A stretch of 64,000 bases of DNA from Myxococcota bacterium (GCA_039028615.1 JBCCHT010000005.1:96001-160000); one strand, 5' to 3'; positions 29,851 to 40,308 are shown, counted from the first letter of the stretch. Notes: generated by a model not told the origin, from the sequence alone. Made by a program: numbers and translations.

Positions 29851-31278
29851 CTACAGCGGGATCTGGCTCGAGGAGTCGGAGGCCACCAAGGTGGGCAGCC
29901 CGACCTGAGCCCGGGTCGGCGCGCGCCGACGTCGGATCTTCACCTTCACCCCGTTGCTGGCCCGAATGACGGTGGACAGCCGCGGCTGGGTGACGTGCCC
30001 GATCGACTGCAGCTCGAAGCGCCGGCTCATCATGGCCAAGGCCATGGTGGCTTCCATCATCGAGAGTTCTTGCCCGATGCAGCGGCGCGCCCCGGCACCG
30101 AAGGCCAGCCACGACATGGGGTGACGGCCGGCCACGCGCTCGGGCTCGAAGCGCTCGGGGTCGAAGGTCTCGGGCCGGACCCACAGCGCGGGGTGACGAT
30201 GAATGGTGTACGTGACGGGCGCGACGATGGTGCCGGCCTCGATGGCGTAGCCGCCGATCTCGTCGTCTTCCTGGGCGACGCGAGGCAGCCACCAGGCGGG
30301 CGGGTTGAGGCGAAGGGACTCTTGAATCGCCCATCGGGCGTAGCGCAGCCGACGGAGGTCGTCGAAGCGAGGCTCGCGGCCCCGGAGGACGGAGTCGGCC
30401 TCTTCGCGGAGGCGCTCCCAGTGCTCGGGGTGCGTGGTGAGGTAGTGCAGGGCCCACTGCAAGCCGGTGGCGGTGGTCTCGTAGCCGGCGAGGTAGAGGC
30501 TGGTGACCTCGTCGAGCAGCTGCCGCTCGGTCATGCCGCGGCCGGTGTCTTCGTCGACGGCCTGGACCATGAGGGCGAGTAAGTCGTCGTGCTCGTCGAT
30601 GCCCTGGCTCTGTTGGATGGCCTGGCGACGGCGCTCGATGATGCGGCGGAGGATCTGGTGGAGTCCGTCGACGGCGGCTTGGAAGCGTCGTCGGCCGGGG
30701 ACCGGAACCCACTCCGGCACGGCCTTGACCAGCATGCCGCGGAAGATGTGATCGATGGCGAAGCCGAGCGTCTCCTGGATGGCCGCGGAGTCACGGTGAG
30801 AGGTCTCGCCGCCGAACATGGTGGCGGAGATGACGTTCATCGTCAGGTGCGGCATGCGAGCGCCGATGTCGACGACGCTGAAGTCTCGGCCGACGTCGTC
30901 GAAGCTGAGCGAGCGGTCGAGCGCATCGGTGACCAGGGTCGTCAGGCCCTCGAGACGCCGCCGATGAAACTGCGGCTGCATCATTCGTCGCTGCCGCAAC
31001 CAGAACGCGCCTTCACTGGTGGGCAGGCCGTTGCCCAGCAGGTCCCGAAGGGATGCCCAGTAGGGACCGCCCTTGGGGTAGTTGCGCTGGTTCTTACGCA
31101 GGACGTAGTCGGCGTGCTCGGGGTGGTGAAGGGTCACCGCGTCGAAGAGCCCGAACCCGAGTCGGCAGACGTCGCCGACGGCACTCGCACGTCGTAGGGT
31201 GGCGAGTGGGTCGCGAAGGAGGCCCGGGAGACTGCCGACGAGAGGCAATCCACCGGCGCGGGGAACGGCACGCTGCAT
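29851..31278 (-). CDS. Cytochrome P450
   Basis: AGYETT I-helix, ESLR, PERF, FGAGARRCIG heme ligand; alternative ATG at 31353. Confidence 0.95.
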   Translation of the reverse strand: MQRAVPRAGGLPLVGSLPGLLRDPLATLRRASAVGDVCRLGFGLFDAVTLHHPEHADYVLRKNQRNYPKGGPYWASLRDLLGNGLPTSEGAFWLRQRRMMQPQFHRRRLEGLTTLVTDALDRSLSFDDVGRDFSVVDIGARMPHLTMNVISATMFGGETSHRDSAAIQETLGFAIDHIFRGMLVKAVPEWVPVPGRRRFQAAVDGLHQILRRIIERRRQAIQQSQGIDEHDDLLALMVQAVDEDTGRGMTERQLLDEVTSLYLAGYETTATGLQWALHYLTTHPEHWERLREEADSVLRGREPRFDDLRRLRYARWAIQESLRLNPPAWWLPRVAQEDDEIGGYAIEAGTIVAPVTYTIHRHPALWVRPETFDPERFEPERVAGRHPMSWLAFGAGARRCIGQELSMMEATMALAMMSRRFELQSIGHVTQPRLSTVIRASNGVKVKIRRRRAPTRAQVGLPTLVASDSSSQIPL

Positions 31279-31284
31279 GTATAT

Positions 31285-31301
31285 GTAATGTGAACCATTA
31301 C
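31285..31301. promoter_or_regulatory. Inverted repeat GTAATG-N5-CATTAC just upstream of the P450 start
   Basis: Perfect 6-bp IR in an AT-rich patch 6 nt from the ATG. Confidence 0.4.
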
Positions 31302-31375
31302 GACGTTCATGCACGGAATGGGACCATTTTGGCCCGGGCGAAAGCACCGACATGAGCCGCACTGTGGGCGCTCGA

Positions 31376-31399
31376 AACCGTACGGACGTCCGGTCGGTT
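31376..31399. promoter_or_regulatory. Palindromic operator-like site AACCGTACGGACGTCCGGTCGGTT
   Basis: 24-bp palindrome with 10 of 12 pairs matching, intergenic upstream of the P450. Confidence 0.45.
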
Positions 31400-31426
31400 A
31401 CACGATCGTCAGACGCGATCGAGCGA

Positions 31427-31487
31427 CGCTCGATTGTGCCCAGGTGCTCGCGCGAGGGCGCTCGACAGCGCTCGATTGTGCTCAGGT
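31427..31487 (+). repeat. 19-bp direct repeat CGCTCGATTGTGC(C/T)CAGGT x2
   Basis: Copies at 31427-31445 and 31469-31487, one mismatch; the second overlaps the VWA gene stop. Confidence 0.7.
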
Positions 31488-34310
31488 CAGGACGCGACGA
31501 CGACCGAGTGCAACGCGGCGAAGCAGCAGGTCGAGCACGAGCATCGGCACCAGCAGCACCCACAGCACGTAGGGCCACAGCGGCTTGGCGCGGGTTCGAC
31601 CGTGGGCTTCACCCTCGGTCTTCAGCAGCGAGTCCACGCTTCCTTCGTGCGTGCCGCGGACGGTCTCGGCCAACCACTCTGGGTCGGGTCGAAGCTGCGC
31701 AGGCGACAGCTCGGCCGGGTAGGGCACCGAGACCTGAGCGACGGCCTCGGCCGCGAGGCGACGGGGCTGCTGCGTCTCGTCGTAGAGCTTGGCCTTGACC
31801 AGGCGCTGACCGGTCTCGATTCCGCGCAGCTCGGCTTCGTAGCGCCCGGGCGCAGACAGGGCCAAGGGCACCGTTCGGCTTCGCGCGGGGTCGTCGGTGG
31901 CGAGGTTGGGGTCGACGATCTCGAGCTCGCCCACGAGGTCGTTGGCGAAGCCCTGGGGGGCCTCGACGTCGACGACGGCGCGGTAGGTGCCCGACTGCGT
32001 GCCTTCGGACAGCTTGATGCGAGCGCCGCCCAGCAAGGTCGCGCCTTGCCGCAGGGTGTCGCGGGCGATCTGGCTCCACAGCTTGGCGAAGCCGCTCCAG
32101 GTCAGCCAGCGCGCGGCCCAGCGATTCTTGGCATCGCTGGCGAACGCGGCAGTGCGACCCAGGCCCCGACGACCGCGAACGAGCAAGGGGTCGCCTTCGT
32201 GGGTGCGCAGCAGGATCTCGGCCATGCGCTTGGCCTTGAGCGGCACGATGCCCCGCAGCCCAGGCGCGCGACCGAAGTCGAGGCCGCGCAGGGCCTGGAC
32301 GTTCTTGGCGACCCGGGGCAGCAACGAGCGCTCGGCCACTGCGTTGCGGGTGACTTCGCGGGTCTCTCGGCTGAAGATCCGCGGGACGTCGGTGCCGTCG
32401 TGGCTGTAGTAGAAGCGGCCGCGTCCGCGGGTGGCCACGCGTCGCAGCAGGTCCTTGCCTGCGCCCGCGCCCACGCCCACGCTCGAGACGGTGATGTCCG
32501 CATCGCGCATGTCACCGATGAGCGCATTGATGCCGCCCTCGGGCGACTGGCCATCGGAGAGCAGGATGACGTGCTTGACCAGGGCGTTGCTGCCCGCGAG
32601 CTGCAGGTAGGCCTCGCGCAGGGCGGGCAGGGCGTTGGTGCCTCCACCCGAGGCGAGGCGGCGGATGTCGCTGGCGATGCGGATCCGGTTGGAGGCGGGC
32701 TGCAGTCGCACCAGCACGTGCGGCCGGGAGTCGAAGGCGATGACCCCGATCTCGTCGGTGGGGTCGAGGGTGCGCGCAGTGGCGCGGGCGGCCTCCTTGA
32801 CTAGATCGAGCTTGTCCTCGGCGCTCATCGAGCCGCTCTTGTCGATGACGAGCACGAGGGCGAGCTTGGGTTGCTCGCGCTGACGCTCGCCCTCGAAGCG
32901 CACGGGCAGCAGGCGCTCGATGGTGGTGCCGGCCCAGCCGCCCACGCCGAACGAGTTCTCGCCGCCGATCATGATGAAGCCGGCGCCGTAGTCCTGGACG
33001 TGGCGCTCGAGCGCCTGCCGGGCCCCGACCGCGACGCGACCGGCGGAGACGTCGTGCATCACCACCAGGTCGTAGGGGCGCAGGGCCTCGGGGGTCTCGG
33101 GCAACGACGACGGGTCGACCGCTTCGACCTCGAGATGATCGGAGCGCAGGGCCCGGGCGAGGGGAGAGCCCGCCGAGTCGCCGGCCAGCAGCACGCGGGG
33201 GCGACCGCGGACCTCGGCTGCGACCGCGGCCGCATCGTTGAGGGCGCTGCGGTTGTCGGCGGCGGACAGGGCCGAGGTGTCGAGGCTGGCCTTGAACACG
33301 ACCGGGCCGGCCTTGGTGACGCGGGCCTGCATGGAGACCTGCTGCTGGCCGCCCCGCAGCTTCACCTCGAGCGTGGGCGTCAGCTCGTTGGGCTCACCGT
33401 TCTGCTCGAGCGACAGCGTGAGGTCGTGAGGGGCGGTGGAGACCAGGTCGATGCGGACGTCGAAGGTCTGGCCGACCCGCAGCTCCTCGGGCAGGTGCAC
33501 GGCGGCGACCAGCACGTCCTCGCGTGCGGCGGGCGGGAAGGTGCGGGTGTGGAGACCGAGGCCGCTGGCTTCGAGCTCGCGCGCCACCACGCCGAGGTCC
33601 TCGCGCTCGGCCAGGCTGCCCGTGGCGTCGGAGACCAGCACGATCCGGCCCTCGGTATCGGGGTCGACGAGCGCGGCGGCCAGGCGGAGGGCGGCCGCGT
33701 GATCGCTGGCCAGGCCCTGCCCTTCGGGGCGCGTCATCGCTGCTTCGAGCTGCGCCTCGTCCTCGATCTCGTGCACGTAGGCCCGCTCGGCGTAGGTGAC
33801 CAGGGCCAGCCGGGTGCGGTCTTCTCGCTCGAGGTCGCGCTCGTCCTCGTCGCGGACTTGCTCGAGGCCCTTGGCGATGAGGGCTCGGGCCTCGGCGAGC
33901 TGGCCATCGTCGACGCTGTCGGAGACATCGACGACGAACACGACCGTCTTGCCGCGGATGGGGCTCTCGAGGCTGGGCAGGGTGAGGGCCAAGGCGACCG
34001 CCAGCAGCACCGCGAGGCGGGCGAGAAGCTGCAGGGCGAGCTGGAAGCGCGGCAGGTCGACCAGGGTCTGCCGCAGCGTGACCACCAGCAGCGGCAGCAC
34101 GGCGACGGGCATGAGCCACAGCGCCTCGGGATGGGCCAAGATGGCGTCGCGTTGCCCGGTATCCGACAGCTGCTCGGCCAGCCACTGCGGCAGGGTCACC
34201 ACCCACGAGCCCGGGCGCGGTCCGGCCACGAGCAGCGCGATGGCGGCACCCAGGCCCAGCGCGAGTGCGAGGGCAGCCTGTACGGCGGGGCGGCGAAACA
34301 CGTTGCTCAT
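31482..34310 (-). CDS. Membrane protein with two VWA domains and a GATase1-like domain
   Basis: MIDAS motifs DVSDS and DKSGSM; IGGENSFGVGGW..T.IERLLPV; LLSDG; C-terminal TM. Confidence 0.9.
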   Translation of the reverse strand: MSNVFRRPAVQAALALALGLGAAIALLVAGPRPGSWVVTLPQWLAEQLSDTGQRDAILAHPEALWLMPVAVLPLLVVTLRQTLVDLPRFQLALQLLARLAVLLAVALALTLPSLESPIRGKTVVFVVDVSDSVDDGQLAEARALIAKGLEQVRDEDERDLEREDRTRLALVTYAERAYVHEIEDEAQLEAAMTRPEGQGLASDHAAALRLAAALVDPDTEGRIVLVSDATGSLAEREDLGVVARELEASGLGLHTRTFPPAAREDVLVAAVHLPEELRVGQTFDVRIDLVSTAPHDLTLSLEQNGEPNELTPTLEVKLRGGQQQVSMQARVTKAGPVVFKASLDTSALSAADNRSALNDAAAVAAEVRGRPRVLLAGDSAGSPLARALRSDHLEVEAVDPSSLPETPEALRPYDLVVMHDVSAGRVAVGARQALERHVQDYGAGFIMIGGENSFGVGGWAGTTIERLLPVRFEGERQREQPKLALVLVIDKSGSMSAEDKLDLVKEAARATARTLDPTDEIGVIAFDSRPHVLVRLQPASNRIRIASDIRRLASGGGTNALPALREAYLQLAGSNALVKHVILLSDGQSPEGGINALIGDMRDADITVSSVGVGAGAGKDLLRRVATRGRGRFYYSHDGTDVPRIFSRETREVTRNAVAERSLLPRVAKNVQALRGLDFGRAPGLRGIVPLKAKRMAEILLRTHEGDPLLVRGRRGLGRTAAFASDAKNRWAARWLTWSGFAKLWSQIARDTLRQGATLLGGARIKLSEGTQSGTYRAVVDVEAPQGFANDLVGELEIVDPNLATDDPARSRTVPLALSAPGRYEAELRGIETGQRLVKAKLYDETQQPRRLAAEAVAQVSVPYPAELSPAQLRPDPEWLAETVRGTHEGSVDSLLKTEGEAHGRTRAKPLWPYVLWVLLVPMLVLDLLLRRVALGRRRVLT

Positions 34311-36277
34311 ACCGTGACCCTCCGGTGGTAGCTGGCCCATTCGAAGGCCACGAGCCCGGCGACGACGAGCATGACCAGCGTCCACAGGGGACCTTGGGGC
34401 AGCAGGGGGTCGGGCTCGGGGGCGGCCGGCGGCGGCGTGTCGGCGGCGGTGGGCAGGTCTCGTTCGCCGATCTGATCGTGCAGGTCGGAGGCGTGCAGGC
34501 TCGCCTGGTTCACGGCCAGTTCGACCGAGGCGCCGGCCAGGGGCCCGTCGACGGCCTCGATGGCGTAGAACCCGGGCACGAGGGCGCGCAGGCGGAAGCG
34601 GCCCTTGTCGACCGGAAGGGTGCTGGTGCCCTGCGGCCCGGTGACCTCGACGCGGCGCACCCCTTCGGGGGCGAGGCCGAGGTCGGCCAGGGCGAGCTCA
34701 CGGTGGGCACCCACGGGGACGCTGGCCACGAAACCCGCCTCGCGCTGCTCGAAGTAACGGATGAGGTTGTCGACCAGCATGGGGAAGGCCATGCGCATGG
34801 GCAGGTCGGACTGGCGGGGGTCGAACCCGAAGGCGACGGTGGTGTGTTCGGCCTCGCGGAGCACCCCGATGGGATCGCCGATGCTGCGCACGAGGACTTG
34901 GTCGCCGGGGATGGTCTCGAAGGTGGTGCCGCGGGCGATGTTGACGTCCTTGAACACCACATGGTCGAGCGCGGGATGCTCTTTGCTCTGCTCGGTCAAG
35001 AAGGGGCGAGCGACGTCCGCCTTCTTGGTGATGAGGCTCGGCGAGCTCTCGTGCCGCCAGGGATCGAAGAACACGGTGTGGGCGTCGGGCAGCGTATCGG
35101 GCAGGGTCTCGCCGCCGACGTCGAAGAACACCACGTCGGCCTCGGAAAGCTCGCTTTGGCCCTCGCGAGCGGACTGCGGGTCCATGCCGGTCAGGCGCAC
35201 GTGGTCGTCGAGCACCAGCAGGGCAGCCTCGAGAAACAGGTTGTTGCCATCGGTGACCAGCACGACGTCGAGCGGCGTCAGGGGGGGCACGACCGCGTAG
35301 GCCTCGTCGTCGTGCGGCAGCCCGAAGGCGCGGTCGCTGCCGTCCTCGCGGGTCAGGCGGGCGACGAAGCGGGAGCGGGCGGCATCGAGATCGCTGAGGA
35401 CCTCTCGCTTGCTCTCACCGGGCTCGAGCCGCAGCGTTCGCGGGGCACCCACGGGGGCGTCGTCGGCCTCGACGGTGAGCACGACCTTGGTGGGGGTGTC
35501 GCCCAGGTTGTGGACCTCGGTGAGCACCTCGATCCGGTCGCGGGCGTAGGGATAGCGGCGCGCCGCGAAGGCCGTGATCGCGACGTTGTCGGTGGGCCCG
35601 CTGACCCGCACCATCTCGCAGGGGATGGGCCCGGCGGCGCATTGTTGCAGCGCCTCGATGCCCGCGGGGTCGAGCGCACCGTCGGTGAGCACGAGGATCC
35701 GCGGCCCGGGGCGCTCGCCCACGACGTGGCTGGCCAGCGCCAGCGCCCGGCCGAGGTCCGCTTCGCCGTGATGGGATTTGAGGCGGTGCAGCCCCGGCAC
35801 CAGCCCCGCCGGGTCATTCGACAGCGGGGCGGCCACGGTGACCTCTTCGCTGGCGCCGATGATCACCGCTCGGTCCGCGGGACCCAGCGCCAGGACCTCC
35901 TGCTCGGCTCGACGCCGCGCCAGATCGAGGCGGTCGGTATCCGGCTCGTCGGGGGCGGGGGCGGACATGCTGGCCGAGGTGTCGACCACGATGGCCAGGC
36001 TCACCGGATCGCGCAGCCACACTTCGGGGCGAGGATCGCCGAGCGACACGCAGATGAGCGCGAGCACCAGCAGCTGCAACAGCCACGAAAGCAGGCGCCG
36101 CAGCTTTCGCCACAGGCGTCGGCTCTCGCTCTCGCGGGTGACCCGATCCCACAGCGCGGCGAACGGCACCTCGAGCTGGCGACGCCGCATGCGGAGCAAG
36201 TAGAGCCCCGTGATCGCCACTGCCCCGGCCGCGAACAGCGGCCACATCTGGGCGAGGGTCCACCCCGCGAAGGTCAC
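34307..36277 (-). CDS. BatA N-terminal domain + VWA protein
   Basis: LYLLRMRRRQLEVPFAALW BatA-type N-terminus; DTSASM MIDAS; LTDG; C-terminal TM with EW. Confidence 0.9.
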   Translation of the reverse strand: MTFAGWTLAQMWPLFAAGAVAITGLYLLRMRRRQLEVPFAALWDRVTRESESRRLWRKLRRLLSWLLQLLVLALICVSLGDPRPEVWLRDPVSLAIVVDTSASMSAPAPDEPDTDRLDLARRRAEQEVLALGPADRAVIIGASEEVTVAAPLSNDPAGLVPGLHRLKSHHGEADLGRALALASHVVGERPGPRILVLTDGALDPAGIEALQQCAAGPIPCEMVRVSGPTDNVAITAFAARRYPYARDRIEVLTEVHNLGDTPTKVVLTVEADDAPVGAPRTLRLEPGESKREVLSDLDAARSRFVARLTREDGSDRAFGLPHDDEAYAVVPPLTPLDVVLVTDGNNLFLEAALLVLDDHVRLTGMDPQSAREGQSELSEADVVFFDVGGETLPDTLPDAHTVFFDPWRHESSPSLITKKADVARPFLTEQSKEHPALDHVVFKDVNIARGTTFETIPGDQVLVRSIGDPIGVLREAEHTTVAFGFDPRQSDLPMRMAFPMLVDNLIRYFEQREAGFVASVPVGAHRELALADLGLAPEGVRRVEVTGPQGTSTLPVDKGRFRLRALVPGFYAIEAVDGPLAGASVELAVNQASLHASDLHDQIGERDLPTAADTPPPAAPEPDPLLPQGPLWTLVMLVVAGLVAFEWASYHRRVTV

Positions 36278-37215
36278 CGCAGGATTCCTCCCTGCCGGAA
36301 TAGCCGCAGCACCATGTCGTCGAAGGGCACGTCGACCGGGGCCTGTGCCAGGTAGATGCCGCGCGAGCGACAGCTGGCCTCGAGCTGCTCGCAGAAGCGA
36401 CGGTGGGCGTCGGCGTAGGCCCGCAGCGTGCGAGGCGATAGCGTGACGTCGCGGCCGTTGCCGCCCTCGACGTCGACCAAGCGCAGGTCGCCGCGCAGCC
36501 CGGACTCCACGGGGTCGGCCTCGACGGGATCGATGACCTGCACCGCGACCGGCTCGTGCTTGCGGAAGCGGAGCATGTTGAGGCCTTCGAAGGCGCCCTC
36601 GAGGTCGTAGAAGTCGCTGAGCACCACGGTGAGGCCGGGCTGCCGGCTCTCGGCCGCGACCCGCTTGCACATGGCGCGGATGTCGGTGGGGCCGCCGCGC
36701 TCGGAGCTCTTGAGGAACTCGAAGACGCGGAAGATTCGGCCCTTGCCGCGCACGGCGGGCAGCGTGGCGTGGTGCTTGCCCGAGGCGCAGGTGATGCCCA
36801 CGCGGTCGAGGTTGGCCAGGCCCACGTAGGCCAGCGCGGCGCCGACCTGCATCGCGTAGCGCAGCTTGGCGTTTTGGCGGGTCCGCATGGACTCGCTGAC
36901 GTCGATGATGACGCGGATCGGCAGGTCTTCGTCTTCCTCGAACAGCCGGATCAGCGACTGACGCAGCCGCATGTACACCGTCCAGTCGAGGTAGCGGATG
37001 TCGTCGCCCGGCGAGTACTCGCGGTGGTCGGCGAACTCCTGGCCGCTACCGACCTTGCGGGTCTTTCGCTCGGCGCGCTGGCGACCGCGAAAGAGCCGAC
37101 GAGCCACGACCTGTAGAAGCTCGAGGCGCTCGAGGAACGCCTCGTCGAAGAGGTCGTCCTCGTCCTGCACCGCCGCCGCGGGGCGGCGAGACAATAGCCG
37201 GTCGGCCCAACCCAT
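36274..37215 (-). CDS. DUF58 family protein
   Basis: GSGQEFADHREYSPGDDIRYLDW, DVSESM, LSDF. Confidence 0.95.
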   Translation of the reverse strand: MGWADRLLSRRPAAAVQDEDDLFDEAFLERLELLQVVARRLFRGRQRAERKTRKVGSGQEFADHREYSPGDDIRYLDWTVYMRLRQSLIRLFEEDEDLPIRVIIDVSESMRTRQNAKLRYAMQVGAALAYVGLANLDRVGITCASGKHHATLPAVRGKGRIFRVFEFLKSSERGGPTDIRAMCKRVAAESRQPGLTVVLSDFYDLEGAFEGLNMLRFRKHEPVAVQVIDPVEADPVESGLRGDLRLVDVEGGNGRDVTLSPRTLRAYADAHRRFCEQLEASCRSRGIYLAQAPVDVPFDDMVLRLFRQGGILR

Positions 37216-38228
37216 CAGTCGGTGGGAACGGCGGCGAGGACCTGCTCGAGGCAGTCGTCGATCTTGATGCCCTCGGCCTCGCCCTCGAAGCCCAGGATGA
37301 CGCGATGACGTAGTGCGGAGGGGGCCACCGCGCGGACGTCTTCGATGGAGGGGGACAGGCGGCCCTGCAGGCAGCACCGCACGCGGGCGGCCAGCAGCAT
37401 GGACTGCGCACCACGGGGACTGCCGCCGAAGCGGACGTAGCGCTTGACCAGCTCGGGGGCGTTGGCGTCGTCGGGATGGGTGGCCCGGAGCACGCGCACC
37501 ACGTAGCGGGTGAGGCTGTCGGCGACCGGGATGGCCCGCACCAGCTCACGCATCTCGAGCAGGCGCTCGGCATCCAAGACCGGCTGCACCTTCTGGGTCT
37601 CGGAGCCCGTGGTGCGGTTGAGGATGGCCATGAGGTCCTCCTCGCCGGGGAAGTCGACGTGAATCTTGAACAGGAAGCGGTCGAGCTGCGCCTCGGGCAG
37701 CGGGTAGGTGCCTTCCATCTCCAGCGGGTTTTGGGTGGCCAGCACCAGGAAGGGCACGGGCAGGGGGCGAGTCTGGCCGCCCGCGGTGACCGTGCCTTCG
37801 GCCATGGCCTCGAGCAGCGCGGACTGGGTCTTGGGCGTGGCCCGGTTGACCTCGTCGGCGAGCACGATGTTGGAGAAGATGGGGCCCGGCTGGTACTCGA
37901 GCCGCGACCCCGCGCTCATGCCCTCTTCGCTCTGCACGAGCACCGAGGTGCCCACGATGTCGGCGGGCATGAGGTCGGGGGTGAACTGGATGCGCGCGAA
38001 GTCGAGGTGGACGGCCTCGGCCAGCGTGCGGATGAGCAGGGTCTTGCCCAGCCCGGGGACGCCCTCGAGCAGGCCGTGGCCGCCCGCCAGGAGGCAGGTG
38101 GCGACCCCTTCGATGACGCGGTCCTGGCCCACGATGACGCGTTGGACCTCGGCGACCAGGTTTTGAAGATCGTCCTGCAGGGCCTGCAGAGCGGTTTGAG
38201 TCTCGGCGGTGGTGATCGCGGTAGGCAT
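37215..38228 (-). CDS. moxR: MoxR family AAA+ ATPase
   Basis: GVPGLGKT, RIQFTPDLMPAD, DEVNRATPKTQSALLEAM, ATQNPLEMEGTYPLPEAQLDRF. Confidence 0.96.
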   Translation of the reverse strand: MPTAITTAETQTALQALQDDLQNLVAEVQRVIVGQDRVIEGVATCLLAGGHGLLEGVPGLGKTLLIRTLAEAVHLDFARIQFTPDLMPADIVGTSVLVQSEEGMSAGSRLEYQPGPIFSNIVLADEVNRATPKTQSALLEAMAEGTVTAGGQTRPLPVPFLVLATQNPLEMEGTYPLPEAQLDRFLFKIHVDFPGEEDLMAILNRTTGSETQKVQPVLDAERLLEMRELVRAIPVADSLTRYVVRVLRATHPDDANAPELVKRYVRFGGSPRGAQSMLLAARVRCCLQGRLSPSIEDVRAVAPSALRHRVILGFEGEAEGIKIDDCLEQVLAAVPTD

Positions 38229-38298
38229 GCGAAAGCGAAGCGGCGGTCGAGATGGGAAGGAGGGGGGGAACCTCGCGAGCGGACGGGGAGGGGACCGG

Positions 38299-40308
38299 TC
38301 AGTCTCGGGGTTGGATGAGCTGGTAGTAGCGCTTGATGCGGCGGCGGGCGGCCGCAGGCAGGGACTCGTTGTCGATCGCGCTCTGGGCGAAGCCTCGGTA
38401 GTCCTTGAAGACCTCGCGGTAGGGCTCGGTGGCGAAGCCCTTTTGGCTGGCATCGCGGATGATCTCGGCTCGGCTGACGCCGCGGCCCTGCTTGGCTTTG
38501 ACCCGCAGATTCCGCTTGTTGGTTCGCATGGTCGAATCTTCGCCCAGCGGGTCGAAGGAGCCTTCGCCCGCGCCGTCGGTGGCGCTCTCGCCCATGCCCA
38601 TGCCTTGGGCCTGACCTTGCCCTTGGCCTTGTCCGTCGCCTTGACCCTGGCCGTCGCCCTGGCCCTGTCCGTCGCCCTGGCCTTGGCCCTGGCCTTCGCC
38701 CTCACCCTGGCCCTGGCCTTCGCCGGGCTGGATCATCTGGTTTTGGCCCTGGCCTTGGCCTTCTCCGGGCATCTCCACCATGCCTTGGGCCTGGCCTTCG
38801 CCGACCTTGCCCTCGACCAGGAGCGTGGACTTGCCTTTGCCCTTGCCCTTGCCGTCTTGGCCCTTGCCGTCTTTGCCTCGCTGACCCTTGGCGGCCTTGG
38901 AGAACCGCTTCATCTGCTGGCGACGACGCTGCTGGCCCTCGCCCTGCTGACCGGCGCGACGAACGACGCTCTTGGCCTCGTCGAGGTTGTCGCGGGCCTG
39001 CCCCATGCGCTGCTGTCGCTGGGCGGTGCGGCTGGCGTTTTTCATGCCGCGACCGAGCTTCTCGAGCGAGCGCTTGCGCTTTTGCGGCGAGCTGCCCTGG
39101 CGGGCGGCATCTTTGGCCTGGCGGCGGAGCTTCTCGAGCTGGTCGCGGGCCTTTTGCTCGCGCTTTTGCTGACGGCGAAGCTTCTCGACCTCGTCCTTCA
39201 TGCGCTTGAGCCGACGCTCCTTTTCCTGCTGCTCCTCGGGAGTCTTGGCCTCTTTTTTCTGCTCGCGACGGAGCCGACGCTCGGCCTCGTCGAGCTTCTT
39301 GTCGGTCTCGCTCTTCTTCTTGGCCGCCTTGGACAGCCGACGCTCGGCTTCTTGCAGGGCCTTGTCGAGCTCTTCTTTGGCCTTGGCTTCGTTCTCGGCC
39401 TGCTCGGCTGCGTCGGCGAGCGCCTTTTCGGCTTCTTCGCCGTCCCCGCGGTCGAGCGCGGCGGCGGTCTCTTCGGTGACCTCTTGTTGCTCGAGCGCCC
39501 CAGCCAGCTCGCGCATGGCCTCGGCCAGCATGGCGGGGTCTTCCTCGAGCTCGGCGTTCCAGCGCTCTTCGGCGTCGGCGAGGAGCTGCTCGAGCTCTTC
39601 GAGCCGCTCGAGCGCGGTGGCGCGGTCGATCTCGCCGTCCTCGAGCGCCTCGAGCACGTCGAGAATGGCCTCGGCCAGCTCGGCCGGGGTGTCTTGATTC
39701 GCCGCCGCCAGGTCCCGCAGGTTCTCGCGCAGGGGCTCGGCCAGCGACAGGTCGTGCCGGGGATGCCGAACCTCGCGATCGATCTCGATGACGATGGGCT
39801 CGGGGTCTTCGAAGGGGACGGGCGGATCGGGCGGAGGCACGAACATCGCCCCCACCGCGGCGGCTACGGCCAGCCCATCGCTCCAGCGCGGCGGCGGGAC
39901 CCGCAGCGGGACCACGGGGCGCGGGTCGAGGTCGGCGGCGAGGGTCTGAGCTCGCTGTTGCAGCAGGGCGACGATGCCCGCGGTGCGAGCGTCCTGCTCA
40001 CGGGGCGGCGTGCGCTGCAGCTCGACCGCATTGCCCAGCTGGTCGTCGAGACCGTAGTGCGTGTCGACGCGGCGGGCCGTCTCTCGCCAGGCGTGGCGCC
40101 GCAGGCCGGCCCACAGCAGCACGGCGGGTACGGGCAGGGCGGTCAGCCATAGAAGCTCGGAGGGCGCCTCGAAGCGCCGCACGGCGACGAGGCCCACGGC
40201 CGCGATCCACAGCCCTGCAGGCAGGGCGATCCTGGCCAGCGCCCACGCGGCATCCGCCACCCGACGGCGGCGCTCGACCGAGGCCAATAGCCGCTGCACT
40301 GCGCTCAA
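38299..40308 (-). CDS. Membrane-anchored coiled-coil protein with Gly/Gln-rich tail
   Basis: TTG start overlaps the upstream stop; 3 TM; acidic then basic helical region; GQGQG repeats; C-terminal ESLP...R..IKRYY. Confidence 0.85.
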   Translation of the reverse strand: MSAVQRLLASVERRRRVADAAWALARIALPAGLWIAAVGLVAVRRFEAPSELLWLTALPVPAVLLWAGLRRHAWRETARRVDTHYGLDDQLGNAVELQRTPPREQDARTAGIVALLQQRAQTLAADLDPRPVVPLRVPPPRWSDGLAVAAAVGAMFVPPPDPPVPFEDPEPIVIEIDREVRHPRHDLSLAEPLRENLRDLAAANQDTPAELAEAILDVLEALEDGEIDRATALERLEELEQLLADAEERWNAELEEDPAMLAEAMRELAGALEQQEVTEETAAALDRGDGEEAEKALADAAEQAENEAKAKEELDKALQEAERRLSKAAKKKSETDKKLDEAERRLRREQKKEAKTPEEQQEKERRLKRMKDEVEKLRRQQKREQKARDQLEKLRRQAKDAARQGSSPQKRKRSLEKLGRGMKNASRTAQRQQRMGQARDNLDEAKSVVRRAGQQGEGQQRRRQQMKRFSKAAKGQRGKDGKGQDGKGKGKGKSTLLVEGKVGEGQAQGMVEMPGEGQGQGQNQMIQPGEGQGQGEGEGQGQGQGDGQGQGDGQGQGDGQGQGQGQAQGMGMGESATDGAGEGSFDPLGEDSTMRTNKRNLRVKAKQGRGVSRAEIIRDASQKGFATEPYREVFKDYRGFAQSAIDNESLPAAARRRIKRYYQLIQPRD
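38600..38880 (-). repeat. Coding low-complexity (GQ/GE/GD/GK)n tandem repeats
   Basis: GEGQGQGEGEGQGQGQGDGQGQGDGQGQGDGQGQGQG and GKDGKGQDGKGKGKGK. Confidence 0.8.

Noticed and set aside
31427..31487. Mini CRISPR array
   Set aside because: Only two 19-bp copies with a 23-bp spacer, and no cas genes
38600..38880. Non-coding tandem repeat or collagen-like region
   Set aside because: Period-2 Gly-X coding low complexity, not Gly-X-Y; explained by the CDS
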